Below, piece after piece: positions 26,437 to 35,422 of a stretch of 64,000 bases of DNA. Within the stretch, counting starts at the first letter, position 1, and every line of letters starts with the position of its first letter. Below the pieces are notes generated by a model that had not been told where the DNA came from, did not search any database, and was given only the letters and a program-made list of their open reading frames with translations. The position numbers were made by a program, and so were the translations under genes. Source of the stretch: Candidatus Acidiferrales bacterium (GTDB lineage Bacteria > Acidobacteriota > Terriglobia > Acidiferrales > DATBWB01); the NCBI GenBank assembly GCA_036514995.1, contig DATBWB010000166.1, positions 3,165 through 67,164 of the forward strand, given 5' to 3'.

Positions 26437-29099
26437 CCGGCAACAAGATCCGAAGCAAATTTCTTGACTTCTTTGCTCAGCGCGGCCACAAGATAGTCCG
26501 AAGTTCTTCCCTGGTTCCCGCCAACGACCCAACTCTCTTATTCACGAACGCCGGGATGAATCAGTTCAAGGACGTCTTTCTGGGCCTCGAACGAAGGGAC
26601 TACACCCGGGCAGCTTCCTCGCAGAAATGCGTTCGAGCTGGCGGCAAGCACAATGACCTGGACAACGTAGGCAAAACAACGCGGCACCATACTTTTTTTG
26701 AGATGCTCGGGAACTTCTCTTTCGGCGACTACTTCAAACGGGACGCCATTGCTTACGCGTGGGAGCTTGTCACCAAGGATTTCGGCATCCCGGAAAACAG
26801 GTTATACCCAACTGTTTTTCGCGAGGACGACGAGTCTTACGAAATCTGGCACAAAGGGATCGGAGTTCCGGCGGACCGGATTGGAAAATTCGGCGAAGAG
26901 GATAATTTCTGGGCGATGGGTGATACCGGCCCCTGCGGCCCGTGCTCGGAGATCTATTACGATTTTGGTCCTTCGGCAAGCGATGAGGGCCACAAGGCTT
27001 GCGCCTTTCCGTGCGAATGCGGCCGGTATGTGGAGTTCTGGAACCTTGTCTTCATGCAATACAACCGCGAGGAGCCAAACCAGATAAGTCCGCTTCCGCG
27101 CCCTTCGATTGATACGGGCCTGGGGCTTGAGCGGATGGCAGCGATCGTACAAGGCAAGACCAGCAACTACGAAACCGACTTGCTCCGCCCGTTGATTGAA
27201 AAGGCGAGCGAGTTGTCCGGGCGCGAATACGGCGATGCGGAGGGTTCGAACCGCGATGACGTAGCCCTAAGGGTTATCGCCGACCACAGCCGGGCGATTG
27301 CCTTTCTGGTTTCTGACGGCGTGCTGCCCTCGAATGAGGGCCGCGGATACGTACTGAGAAAGATCATGCGCCGGGCGGCTGATTTCGGGCGACTCCTGGG
27401 ACTCACGAAGCCGTTTCTCTTCGAGATGGTTGCCCACGTCGCCGGGATGATGCGGGACCCCTACCCGGAAGTGCATGAAGGGCTACAGCGCATTTCAACG
27501 ATTGTCAAGGCCGAAGAGCACCGCTACGCGCACACCATTCCGCCAGCGGTCGAGCGATTTCGAAAACAGATGGCCGGAAAGAAGGTTCAAACGGCGATCC
27601 TAGACGGCCGGGATATGTTTTTTGCCTATGACACGCTGGGCTTGCGGCCCGACTATCTGCGCGATCTGGCGATGGAGTGGGACTGGCAAGTTACGCCGCA
27701 AGCGGAGGCGGAGTTTGAGGAAGCGATGAAGGCGCAGCGAGAGCGCGCGAAGGCTTCCTGGAAAGGGGTAGGCAGGGAGGCGGCAAACCCGGTCTATCAG
27801 AAGTTAGCCGAGACGCACCGATCATTCTTTGACGGGTATCACCAAATACATACAAAGGACTGCCGCATCGTCGCTCTCGTGGCGGAGAGAGGATCCGCTG
27901 ACGAAGTGCCCGCCAGAGCGGAATGTGAGGTGGTGCTGGATCACACACCGTTTTACGCCGAAGCAGGCGGCCAGGTTGGCGACACCGGCGCATTTTGGGA
28001 CCCGGACTTAACCGAAGAATGGGCTGAAGTGAAATCCACCTATCACCCCCTGGGCGGCATCATCGCTCATCGAGTCCTGACCAGGGTACCCATGAAAGTT
28101 GGCGATCACGTGGCGGCGGTGGTACAGGCGGATACACGGATGGCCACGGCCCGGAACCACACGGCAACGCACCTGTTGCACGCGGCGTTGCGTTCGGTGC
28201 TGGGTCCCCACGTGAAGCAGTCGGGCTCAGTGGTCGGCCCCGAACGATTGCGGTTCGACTTCAGCCACTATACTGCGGTTGATCCCGAAGAACTCGAAGA
28301 GATTGAACGCCTTGTCAACGAACAGATCCAAGCGAACGGCGAGGTGCATACGGAGGTCACCGATCTGGATGCCGCGCTAGCCTCGGGAGCGATCGCTTTC
28401 TTCGGGGACAAGTACCCCGAGCAGAATGTTCGAGTGGTGACGGTGCCAAACTTCAGCAAGGAGCTTTGCGGCGGCACACACGTGCGGCGGACGGGCGATA
28501 TTGGCTTATGCAAGATTACTTCGGAGGGGAGCATTGCGGCAGGCATCCGCCGGGTTGAGGCCATCACCGGGCAACAGGCGCTCGAAGACTACCGGCGAGC
28601 CGTCACGGAGCTAAGAGAACTGGCAATGACGCTGAACACTTCCGTCGAAGAACTTCCGCAACAGATTCAAGGCTTGGTGGAAGAGCACAAGAGGCTCAAG
28701 AAAAATCAGGACGCTTTGAAGCGCCGGCTGGCACAATCCCAAGTGGATGAGCTGATCGAGCAGGTCAGATTGGTCAAGGACATCAAGGTATTGTCTGTCC
28801 GCCTGGAGGAGATGGATCGGCCGGAGATGCGTTCTCTAGCAGACTCGCTGCGGCAGAAGATCGGGTCAGGGGTGATTGTGCTGGGGTCGTCCGCAAACGG
28901 CAAAGTTGCCATCGTATCTGCGGTCACAAAGGATTTGGTGTCGCGGCTGCATGCCGGCAAGATCGTGCAGGCAGTGGCCGCGCGGGTGGGTGGCACGGGC
29001 GGGGGCCGGCCAGATTTGGCCGAGGCGGGAGGAAAGGACGCAACCGAGCTTGACCAAGCCATAAAAGACGTTTACGGGATAGTTGAGGCGATGCTATAA
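26433..29099 (+). CDS. alaS: alanine--tRNA ligase
   Basis: 888 aa with FTNAGMNQFK, RAGGKHNDLDNVG, HHTFFEMLGNFSFGDYFK, the editing-domain HTATHLLH, and a C-terminal DHHA1-like GGGRPDLAEAGG. The GTG start overlaps the recX stop. Confidence 0.97.
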   Translation: MTGNKIRSKFLDFFAQRGHKIVRSSSLVPANDPTLLFTNAGMNQFKDVFLGLERRDYTRAASSQKCVRAGGKHNDLDNVGKTTRHHTFFEMLGNFSFGDYFKRDAIAYAWELVTKDFGIPENRLYPTVFREDDESYEIWHKGIGVPADRIGKFGEEDNFWAMGDTGPCGPCSEIYYDFGPSASDEGHKACAFPCECGRYVEFWNLVFMQYNREEPNQISPLPRPSIDTGLGLERMAAIVQGKTSNYETDLLRPLIEKASELSGREYGDAEGSNRDDVALRVIADHSRAIAFLVSDGVLPSNEGRGYVLRKIMRRAADFGRLLGLTKPFLFEMVAHVAGMMRDPYPEVHEGLQRISTIVKAEEHRYAHTIPPAVERFRKQMAGKKVQTAILDGRDMFFAYDTLGLRPDYLRDLAMEWDWQVTPQAEAEFEEAMKAQRERAKASWKGVGREAANPVYQKLAETHRSFFDGYHQIHTKDCRIVALVAERGSADEVPARAECEVVLDHTPFYAEAGGQVGDTGAFWDPDLTEEWAEVKSTYHPLGGIIAHRVLTRVPMKVGDHVAAVVQADTRMATARNHTATHLLHAALRSVLGPHVKQSGSVVGPERLRFDFSHYTAVDPEELEEIERLVNEQIQANGEVHTEVTDLDAALASGAIAFFGDKYPEQNVRVVTVPNFSKELCGGTHVRRTGDIGLCKITSEGSIAAGIRRVEAITGQQALEDYRRAVTELRELAMTLNTSVEELPQQIQGLVEEHKRLKKNQDALKRRLAQSQVDELIEQVRLVKDIKVLSVRLEEMDRPEMRSLADSLRQKIGSGVIVLGSSANGKVAIVSAVTKDLVSRLHAGKIVQAVAARVGGTGGGRPDLAEAGGKDATELDQAIKDVYGIVEAML

Positions 29100-29173
29100 T
29101 TTAAGGGCGTCAGGAACGCGCCTCCGGCGGAGAGACGCCTGCTCGTAGTTGCCTTCCCCCAACAAACAATTAG

Positions 29174-29878
29174 GTGCGTATGCATTTGCGTTTGTTGAGG
29201 GTATTGGGTTTAGCTGTTCTGACCACCGTGCTCATGGCGCCTGCCTGGGCGCAGATCGTGGCGGTGGAAGAGAGCGGGAAAGAAGTTTTCATCAACCTGA
29301 CTCCAGAAGAACTAAAGGCACTCCTGCGATATGACAACTCGCGTGTCATTGCGGTCTCTCCCTTCCCCTCCCTGCGACCTGTTCCTCGATTGCGCTTCTT
29401 AGGAGCTGACGTCGAGCAACTGGTGAGCGAAACAGCCAAGAGGTATCAACTCGACCCGGCGCTGGTTCGGGCAATCATTCAGGTCGAATCCAGCGGAAAC
29501 CCGTGGGCCGTGTCGCAGAAGGGGGCTATCGGGCTCATGCAGGTGATTCCGGAGACGGGCCGAAAACTTGGAGCCAACAACCTGTACGACCCGCAGGAAA
29601 ACGTGGAGACGGGAGTCAAATATCTGAAATATTTGTTGGATTCGTATCGAGGAAACCTTGCGCTTTCCCTGGCAGCGTATAATGCCGGACCGAAGGCAGT
29701 AGAAAAGCATGGTGGCGTGCCCCCGTACCGAGAGACGCAGCAGTACGTGCGGAAGGTAACGGATGTTTACCTTTCGCCGTGGAATAACAGCCGATATTCA
29801 ACCGCTGCAGCGGAATCAGGCCGCAGGATCTACGTGCACGCGGAGGAGTCCGGACGTACCGTCTATCGGAACGATTGA
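29174..29878 (+). CDS. exported lytic transglycosylase (SLT domain)
   Basis: Signal peptide, the catalytic block IIQVESSGNPWAVSQKGAIGLMQV, and AYNAGP. Confidence 0.85.
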   Translation: MRMHLRLLRVLGLAVLTTVLMAPAWAQIVAVEESGKEVFINLTPEELKALLRYDNSRVIAVSPFPSLRPVPRLRFLGADVEQLVSETAKRYQLDPALVRAIIQVESSGNPWAVSQKGAIGLMQVIPETGRKLGANNLYDPQENVETGVKYLKYLLDSYRGNLALSLAAYNAGPKAVEKHGGVPPYRETQQYVRKVTDVYLSPWNNSRYSTAAAESGRRIYVHAEESGRTVYRND

Positions 29879-29892
29879 TTCCTTGAGTTGAG

Positions 29893-31728
29893 GTGCAAGC
29901 AAGCGTGGGACTGAGGGCAACCGCGAACCAAACCAGCCTGTTTACGCGGTGCGTCGCCGGGCTACTAGCCTGCGGCATGGCCCCATTGTGCCTCGCATCG
30001 GGCCGCACAAAATCCTGGCACAAACCTACTCCGGCCAACGAACCCTATGAGAGGGCAGTGCGGCTGCGTACGGCGCTTGAGGGCAAACCGACGCGCGAGC
30101 GGAGCCTTGCCGAATACAAGCACGTCCTCTCAGCCTTTGAGCAGGTGGTGGGTCGGAGTCCGAGGAGTTGGGCGGCGCCGGAGAGCCTGCTCGCCGTGGC
30201 TGAGATATACCAAGCCATGGGCCGGGAAATCGACTCCAAGTATTTCGATTCAGCGATCAGCACCTACCGCCGCATCCTGAAGGAATATCCGGCTGTCCGC
30301 TACCACGTAGATCTTCTCTATACGATCGGACAGATTCAGAGGAGTGACCTTGGCGATCTGGAGGCGGCACGCCAAACGTTTCAAGAGTTGATCAAGAGAT
30401 ATCCGAGAAGTGGCCGGGCAAGGGCAGCCAAGCAGGTGGTGGCCGATATCGCCGAAGAAGAGAAGATGCTGGCTGAAACGTTCGGGCCCAAGGCGGAACC
30501 CTCGAGCAAGCTGCCGCAGGTTGTGAACGTCCGTCACTGGAATGCGCGCAACTATACCCGCGTCGTGATCGATGTGGATGACCAGGTGAAGTATCAAGAC
30601 GGGCGCATCGCCAATCCCGACAGGATTTTCTTTGATCTCTACAATTCCAGGTTGGCGTCCACACTTGTGGGCAAGAGCTTCGACATCGAGGATGGCCTGC
30701 TCAGGAGAATTCGGATTGCCCATAACCAGATCGGAGTGGTCCGGGTGGTTTTGGAAGTCAACCACGCGGAAAATTATTCCGTGTTTTCTTTGCCGAACCC
30801 GTTCCGGCTGGTAGTGGACATCTATGGAAAAGGAGAAACGGCACGAGCAGCGATGGCACGGAAATCGTCGCCCAAGGCTGCCGAGCAGCCGAGCAGCACG
30901 GCAGGCTCCCGGAAAGCAACCGAGACGGCCAAGTTGCCTGAGCCGGTTAAGCCAGCCGCGCCCAACGCGGATGGAAATCGCTCGCTGACCAGGACGCTCG
31001 GTTTGAAGATTGGCCGCATCGTGATCGACCCTGGTCACGGAGGACACGACACGGGCACGGTCGGGCCCACCGGTTTGATGGAAAAAGATCTAGTGTTGGA
31101 TGTTAGCCGGCGACTGGGCAAGCTTCTCGAAAAGAAATCGGCAGTCGAGGTTGTCCTGACGCGGGAAGAGGATACGTTTGTGCCGCTCGAAAATCGCACT
31201 GCCGTTGCCAATCAAAGCCAGGCTGACCTATTTGTGTCGCTCCACGCCAATTCCAGCCCCGATCAGGACGCCCGAGGAGTGGAGACGTACTACTTGAACT
31301 TCACCGATTCCAAGGATGCGCTCGAGGTCGCGGCGCGAGAGAATGCCGTATCACAAAAGTCCATCTATGAGCTTCAGGACCTGGTGAAGAGGATTGCAGT
31401 GAACGAGAAACGGGAGGAGTCCAAGGAACTGGCGAAAGACCTCCAGACTGCGACGTTTAGCAACCTGGCCAAATCGAATCGCCGTCTGCGAAATCGGGGT
31501 GTCAAGCAGGCGCCGTTTGTGGTCCTGATCGGCGCGAATATGCCCTCCGTGCTGAGCGAGATTTCCTTTCTCAGCAATCCCCATGACGAGAAGCTCCTCA
31601 AAGAGCCGAGCTACCGGCAAAAGGTGGCGGCGGCCCTCTATGCCGGACTCGCCAAATACCTAGGCAGCCTCAACAGTCAAAACGGAAACCGTCAGTTTCC
31701 GGCGGTGGCCCGGTCGTCCACCCAATAG
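29893..31728 (+). CDS. N-acetylmuramoyl-L-alanine amidase with N-terminal TPR-like region and AMIN domain (AmiC-like)
   Basis: AMIN-like VRHWNARNYTRVVIDVD...FFDLY, then an Ala/Pro-rich linker, then amidase_3 blocks IVIDPGHGGHDTG, FVSLHANS and VLSEISFLSNP. The start is uncertain (GTG 29893). Confidence 0.85.
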   Translation: MQASVGLRATANQTSLFTRCVAGLLACGMAPLCLASGRTKSWHKPTPANEPYERAVRLRTALEGKPTRERSLAEYKHVLSAFEQVVGRSPRSWAAPESLLAVAEIYQAMGREIDSKYFDSAISTYRRILKEYPAVRYHVDLLYTIGQIQRSDLGDLEAARQTFQELIKRYPRSGRARAAKQVVADIAEEEKMLAETFGPKAEPSSKLPQVVNVRHWNARNYTRVVIDVDDQVKYQDGRIANPDRIFFDLYNSRLASTLVGKSFDIEDGLLRRIRIAHNQIGVVRVVLEVNHAENYSVFSLPNPFRLVVDIYGKGETARAAMARKSSPKAAEQPSSTAGSRKATETAKLPEPVKPAAPNADGNRSLTRTLGLKIGRIVIDPGHGGHDTGTVGPTGLMEKDLVLDVSRRLGKLLEKKSAVEVVLTREEDTFVPLENRTAVANQSQADLFVSLHANSSPDQDARGVETYYLNFTDSKDALEVAARENAVSQKSIYELQDLVKRIAVNEKREESKELAKDLQTATFSNLAKSNRRLRNRGVKQAPFVVLIGANMPSVLSEISFLSNPHDEKLLKEPSYRQKVAAALYAGLAKYLGSLNSQNGNRQFPAVARSSTQ

Positions 31729-31892
31729 TTGCCGAAAAGCCCTTCTCGGAGGCGACTTACGGCCAACCAATATCCGCTTGGCTCGTTCGGAGTTAAAGAG
31801 ACCTGGAACCATAAGCGGGTCTCCAACCGCCGAGGGCTGGGCAAGACGGCCAGAAGAGACTAAAATCAGAGTACGCTGGAGGATTCTGTCCC

Positions 31893-32984
31893 TTGAGTTC
31901 AAAGGCATTGTTGCTAAAGACCGTGCTTGTCCTGCTGGTGTTGTCGGGGGTCAAAACGGCCCGGGCGACGGATGTCTTGCCGACGCAATTCGGGGCGTGG
32001 TCCGCGCGCGATTCAAAGAGATTCCCGACGGGAACCACCGTTACGCGGGAAAGGACAATCCTTGCTGAATACGGCGCGACGGGGACCGAACAGAAGACCT
32101 ACGGCAGGGCAGGACAGACACTCGCGGTTACCCTTACGCACTTCAAGGATCCCTCAGGGGCATTCGGGGCTTTCACGTACTTTCGCGGGCCGCGAGCAGC
32201 ACCGGCGGGGATCGGAGACCACTCTGCCGCCGAGGGCGGTCGCATCCTTTTCCTTGTCGGAAACCTCCTGATCGAAGTCCGAGGATTGCCGGCAGAGGTT
32301 CGCGAACTGCCTCCCCTGGCGGAGTCGCTCAGAAGGTTGGCTGACCGGAGACCCTTCCCCCAACTCCATAACCGCTTGCCCGAAAAGGGACTGGAAAGTG
32401 GTTCGGAATGCTACCTGCTCGGGCCAATGGCGCTCGGCCGCTTTGTATCGCTCGGGGCCGGCGATTGGATTGGGTTTGAAATGGGAGCCGAAGCCGAGGT
32501 GGCCGAATATCGCAGAGCCAGCGACCACGCTACGCTTCTAATAATCGAGTATCCGACGCCGCAGATCGCCCACAACAAGCTGGCAGAAATTTCACGCTGG
32601 TTCCGAGTGAATCCAAAGGAGGGGGTAGGTAAGGGCGTTCTGCTCTATGCGAAGCGCAACGGTTCCCTTCTCGGCCTGGTCACGGAATCAAGTTCTGCCG
32701 CGTACGCCCAAGAGTTGCTCGACGCTATCCGGTACGAAGTCAAGGTAACCTGGAGCGAGCGCAAGACCAAGCTCCAAGAGCCGTCGATCACCGAACTGAT
32801 CTATTCCATCTTCGTCTTGACTGGGATTATTCTGCTGATGACGCTGGGGGTGGGCCTAGGATTTGGAGGTTTCCGTCTCGTGGTGAAGCATTTCTTCCCA
32901 CGGCGGCTTTTTGACCGACCGGAGCACATGGAAATCATCCAGTTGGGACTGTCCAGGAAGACAGAAAGCCTTTATGATGAGTAG
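31893..32984 (+). CDS. hypothetical protein: signal peptide, ~300-aa ectodomain, C-terminal TM anchor
   Basis: TTG start. It has an N-terminal hydrophobic segment (LLLKTVLVLLVLSGVKTARA) and a C-terminal TM segment (LIYSIFVLTGIILLMTLGVGLGFGGF). I recognise no family. Confidence 0.55.
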   Translation: MSSKALLLKTVLVLLVLSGVKTARATDVLPTQFGAWSARDSKRFPTGTTVTRERTILAEYGATGTEQKTYGRAGQTLAVTLTHFKDPSGAFGAFTYFRGPRAAPAGIGDHSAAEGGRILFLVGNLLIEVRGLPAEVRELPPLAESLRRLADRRPFPQLHNRLPEKGLESGSECYLLGPMALGRFVSLGAGDWIGFEMGAEAEVAEYRRASDHATLLIIEYPTPQIAHNKLAEISRWFRVNPKEGVGKGVLLYAKRNGSLLGLVTESSSAAYAQELLDAIRYEVKVTWSERKTKLQEPSITELIYSIFVLTGIILLMTLGVGLGFGGFRLVVKHFFPRRLFDRPEHMEIIQLGLSRKTESLYDE

Positions 32985-33111
32985 GATAGCGTGGTCTGGT
33001 GGGCAGGACAGTTTGGGGCCGAATGGAGACGGCGGGAGGGCGAAAGCCGGGACATGTCTGTAAGTTGTAGAAAACCGGGTAATTAAAACTGTGAAAATTG
33101 GGAGTTTCAGC

Positions 33112-33141
33112 TTGACTTAGTCAAAGCGGCTCGCCTAGACT
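33112..33141 (+). promoter_or_regulatory. putative orphan promoter (TTGACT-18-TAGACT) preceded by AT-rich UP-like tract
   Basis: TTGACT at 33112-33117 and TAGACT at 33136-33141. The segment 33060-33110 is the most AT-rich stretch I noticed in the window. No protein gene follows. Confidence 0.4.
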
Positions 33142-33146
33142 TTTAG

Positions 33147-33237
33147 GTGAGGAAGGGTTCTGGCGGTTTCGCGCATTGCCACCAGAGCTACTCTCCCCTC
33201 AGCTCACCAATTCACGTTGGTGAGCTTTTACTTTTTG
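33147..33237 (+). ncRNA. candidate ~90-nt small RNA (promoter-to-terminator unit without ORF)
   Basis: Bounded by the orphan promoter above and a perfect intrinsic terminator. It contains an internal hairpin TCTGGCGG...CCACCAGA and a C/U-rich stretch CUCUCCCCUC. The boundaries are predicted, not measured. Confidence 0.3.
33201..33237 (+). terminator. rho-independent terminator
   Basis: A perfect 10-bp stem AGCTCACCAA / TTGGTGAGCT with loop TTCACG, followed by TTTTACTTTTT. Confidence 0.7.
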
Positions 33238-33264
33238 GCCCCAGAATGCGTCTGTTGCCCCGCG

Positions 33265-33294
33265 TTGACACTTTCTCAGGGCGGATGCTATAAA
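33265..33294 (+). promoter_or_regulatory. putative tRNA-Thr promoter (TTGACA-18-TATAAA)
   Basis: TTGACA at 33265-33270 and TATAAA at 33289-33294, 12 nt before the mature tRNA 5' end. Confidence 0.45.
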
Positions 33295-33306
33295 TCCTTC
33301 AAGCGG

Positions 33307-33381
33307 GCCGAGGTAGCTCAATGGCAGAGCAGCGGTTTCGTAAACCGCAGGTTGTCGGTTCGAGCCCGACCCTCGGCTCCA
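33307..33381 (+). tRNA. tRNA-Thr (anticodon CGU), CCA encoded
   Basis: A hand-folded cloverleaf fits throughout. Acceptor stem GCCGAGG/CCTCGGC; D arm GCTC-AATGGCA-GAGC; anticodon arm GCGGT-TTCGTAA-ACCGC; T arm GTCGG-TTCGAGC-CCGAC; discriminator T followed by CCA. Confidence 0.95.
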
Positions 33382-33596
33382 GCTTTCCCTAGAAATCACC
33401 TGCCGGTTCTTTTTTGACTCTCACCGGGATCGGACTGAACCTCCCACGGGTCCAGGACATTCGAAGGCCTACGCTTAGACCCCCGAGGCCGGAATCCCCA
33501 CTCTCCCACGACCCTCAGATGCCAACTGCCGGATCCCAGAGGAGGATGCGAAGATCGGGCACCGCAGAAGGGCTGGAGGTCACCAAGCTAAAACGA

Positions 33597-33800
33597 CTAG
33601 CGAGGGAAGAAGAAGGCGATCCAAGCAACCAGGATGGCAATGGCAATGAAAGCCACGAAGGACCAGAACGCATAACGGATGCGATCCGATCCCTTGGATT
33701 TTGTTAGCAAGGCAAAGGCCACGGAAATAAACAGGGCGAAGAGAACCATCGCCTGAAGGTGGGTGACGTAGGCAAGCCAGGTATCCGCGAGGGCCATCAA
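33597..33800 (-). CDS. hypothetical small membrane protein (2 TM)
   Basis: 67 aa with two hydrophobic helices. It starts 3 nt after the stop of the upstream membrane-protein gene. Confidence 0.5.
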   Translation of the reverse strand: MMALADTWLAYVTHLQAMVLFALFISVAFALLTKSKGSDRIRYAFWSFVAFIAIAILVAWIAFFFPR

Positions 33801-33803
33801 ATT

Positions 33804-34226
33804 CTAAGCCTTTCTCTTGCGTGCGATATCAAAGGCATCCAGCACGCAAAGCAGGTTCAAGAGGCCGGCGCCGGCGATGAACCGAGTGCCGTAGTCGCCG
33901 GTGGCACGAGAAATGTCACCTGCTCCATAACCGAGAAAGCCAGCGCCCAAGTAAAACATTCCGGTTCCCAGATCAGCGAGGAAGCCGCCCAGGTCAAAGA
34001 TGTCATGAAAAGAAGGGGGGAAGATCTGACCCTTCATAGCCATGCCGCCAAGAGCCATGACAGCGACAGAGGTGAAGAAAACCAGCGCTCGAACCCATCG
34101 CCGAACCAGGACGTGCCCCAGGCCGGGCACGAGCCAACCGGCCACGAGCGCGAAGAATGCAAGGGTCAGATTTTCCGGGGCCTCAGTCCGGGCCTTACCG
34201 CGGCGCTTCACTGAAGGTTCCGCCAT
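33804..34226 (-). CDS. hypothetical membrane protein
   Basis: 140 aa with a basic N-terminus followed by three or four TM segments (LAFFALVAGWLVPGLGHVLV...). It is tightly packed behind the M24 peptidase gene. Confidence 0.6.
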   Translation of the reverse strand: MAEPSVKRRGKARTEAPENLTLAFFALVAGWLVPGLGHVLVRRWVRALVFFTSVAVMALGGMAMKGQIFPPSFHDIFDLGGFLADLGTGMFYLGAGFLGYGAGDISRATGDYGTRFIAGAGLLNLLCVLDAFDIARKRKA

Positions 34227-34234
34227 TCTCCTCC

Positions 34235-35422
34235 TTACAGGGCCAGTATGGGAACAGGTTGCTGCTGAACTGTCCCCGTGACGCGAGCAGCCGAAGCGTC
34301 AACATAGACATCCACTTCACTGCGGATGCCGAATTCAGGCAAGTAGATGCCAGGTTCGATGGAAAAGCACGTCCCGGGCAGGATGCGCCGGGTGTCGTGG
34401 GTTTCAAAGTTGTCCATGTTTGCACCATTGCCGTGAACATCGCGACCGATGGAGTGGCCCGTACGATGAGTAAAGTACTTGCCAAAGCCCTTTCGGCGGA
34501 TGTGGCGGCGGCATACATCATCCACTTGCCAGCCGGCGATGGGGCGGCCTCGAGAAACAGACTCTTGCACGAAGTCCACCGCCCGATCGCGCGCTTCTCT
34601 GACGATTTCGAAGATCTGACGGTGACGGGGAGTTGTCTCGCGTCCTACGAATCCGGTCCAGGTAATGTCGTAGTAAACAGCATGAGGGAGCTTCTGCTTC
34701 GCCCAGATGTCCAGCAGGACAAAATCGTTGCGGCGAATGGGCAGGTGGAGTCGAGCGGTCGGCTGGTAGTGAGGGTTGCTGCTGTTTCGGTTGACCGCAA
34801 CAATGGGCGGGTCGTCCGTCTCCAGATTCGATTTGTGAAAACGGTCAAGAATCCATTGCTGAAGCTCGAATTCATTTAGTTCCCTGCCCTGGCCCAGAGC
34901 GAAGGCTATCTCCTTGAACGCATCCGCCATGATGCCATCGACGATAACTCCGGCAGCAAGATGAGAATCGAGCTGCTGAGGCGTCCAACGGGCCTCAAAG
35001 AGTTGGACTAGATCGGCTGAACTGACAACCTTTTTGCGAAAGCTGCGGACAAGCTCCAGGGTGCCAGCGTCCACCAGGGAGACGACCGGGATGGCGTTGT
35101 TGGGGGAGTACTGCATGGCAACGGTTTTTGCGCGACCGAGGATGCCGCGAAGGCGGCCCGCCAGCTCGGGCCATGCCGAATATTCGGCCTTTTTCCCGGG
35201 GAGCGAATCGAGCATCCCTGATTCGATACGGTGAACCAGCTTCTTCGGTTGCCCTCTGGCAGGGATGAAGTAGAACCAACGTCGAGTGGCCAGATTTTCG
35301 GCCAGCCCCAAGATGCGATAGGCGATGGGATCCCGATGATGGTGGTCGCAAAAGAGCCAGCCATCGAGATGGGCCTGGCGGAGTTCCTTTTGGATATTCC
35401 CGATCTCCGGCATGGGCATCAT
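34235..35422 (-). CDS. M24-family Xaa-Pro aminopeptidase/dipeptidase
   Basis: Pita-bread metal ligands: VLLDIWA...DITWT, HRTGHSIG, FSIEPGIY and EVDVYV. Confidence 0.85.
   Translation of the reverse strand: MMPMPEIGNIQKELRQAHLDGWLFCDHHHRDPIAYRILGLAENLATRRWFYFIPARGQPKKLVHRIESGMLDSLPGKKAEYSAWPELAGRLRGILGRAKTVAMQYSPNNAIPVVSLVDAGTLELVRSFRKKVVSSADLVQLFEARWTPQQLDSHLAAGVIVDGIMADAFKEIAFALGQGRELNEFELQQWILDRFHKSNLETDDPPIVAVNRNSSNPHYQPTARLHLPIRRNDFVLLDIWAKQKLPHAVYYDITWTGFVGRETTPRHRQIFEIVREARDRAVDFVQESVSRGRPIAGWQVDDVCRRHIRRKGFGKYFTHRTGHSIGRDVHGNGANMDNFETHDTRRILPGTCFSIEPGIYLPEFGIRSEVDVYVDASAARVTGTVQQQPVPILAL

Noticed and set aside
33199-33417. ORFs 33199..33399 (-) and 33217..33417 (+).
   Set aside because: Both overlap the hand-folded tRNA-Thr and the terminator and promoter elements. 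Neither has an SD, and neither looks protein-like.
33307-34300. An integrative element or prophage inserted at tRNA-Thr.
   Set aside because: There is no integrase, and I spotted no repeat of the tRNA 3' end downstream. The genes that follow are small membrane proteins and a tightly packed housekeeping operon on the opposite strand.
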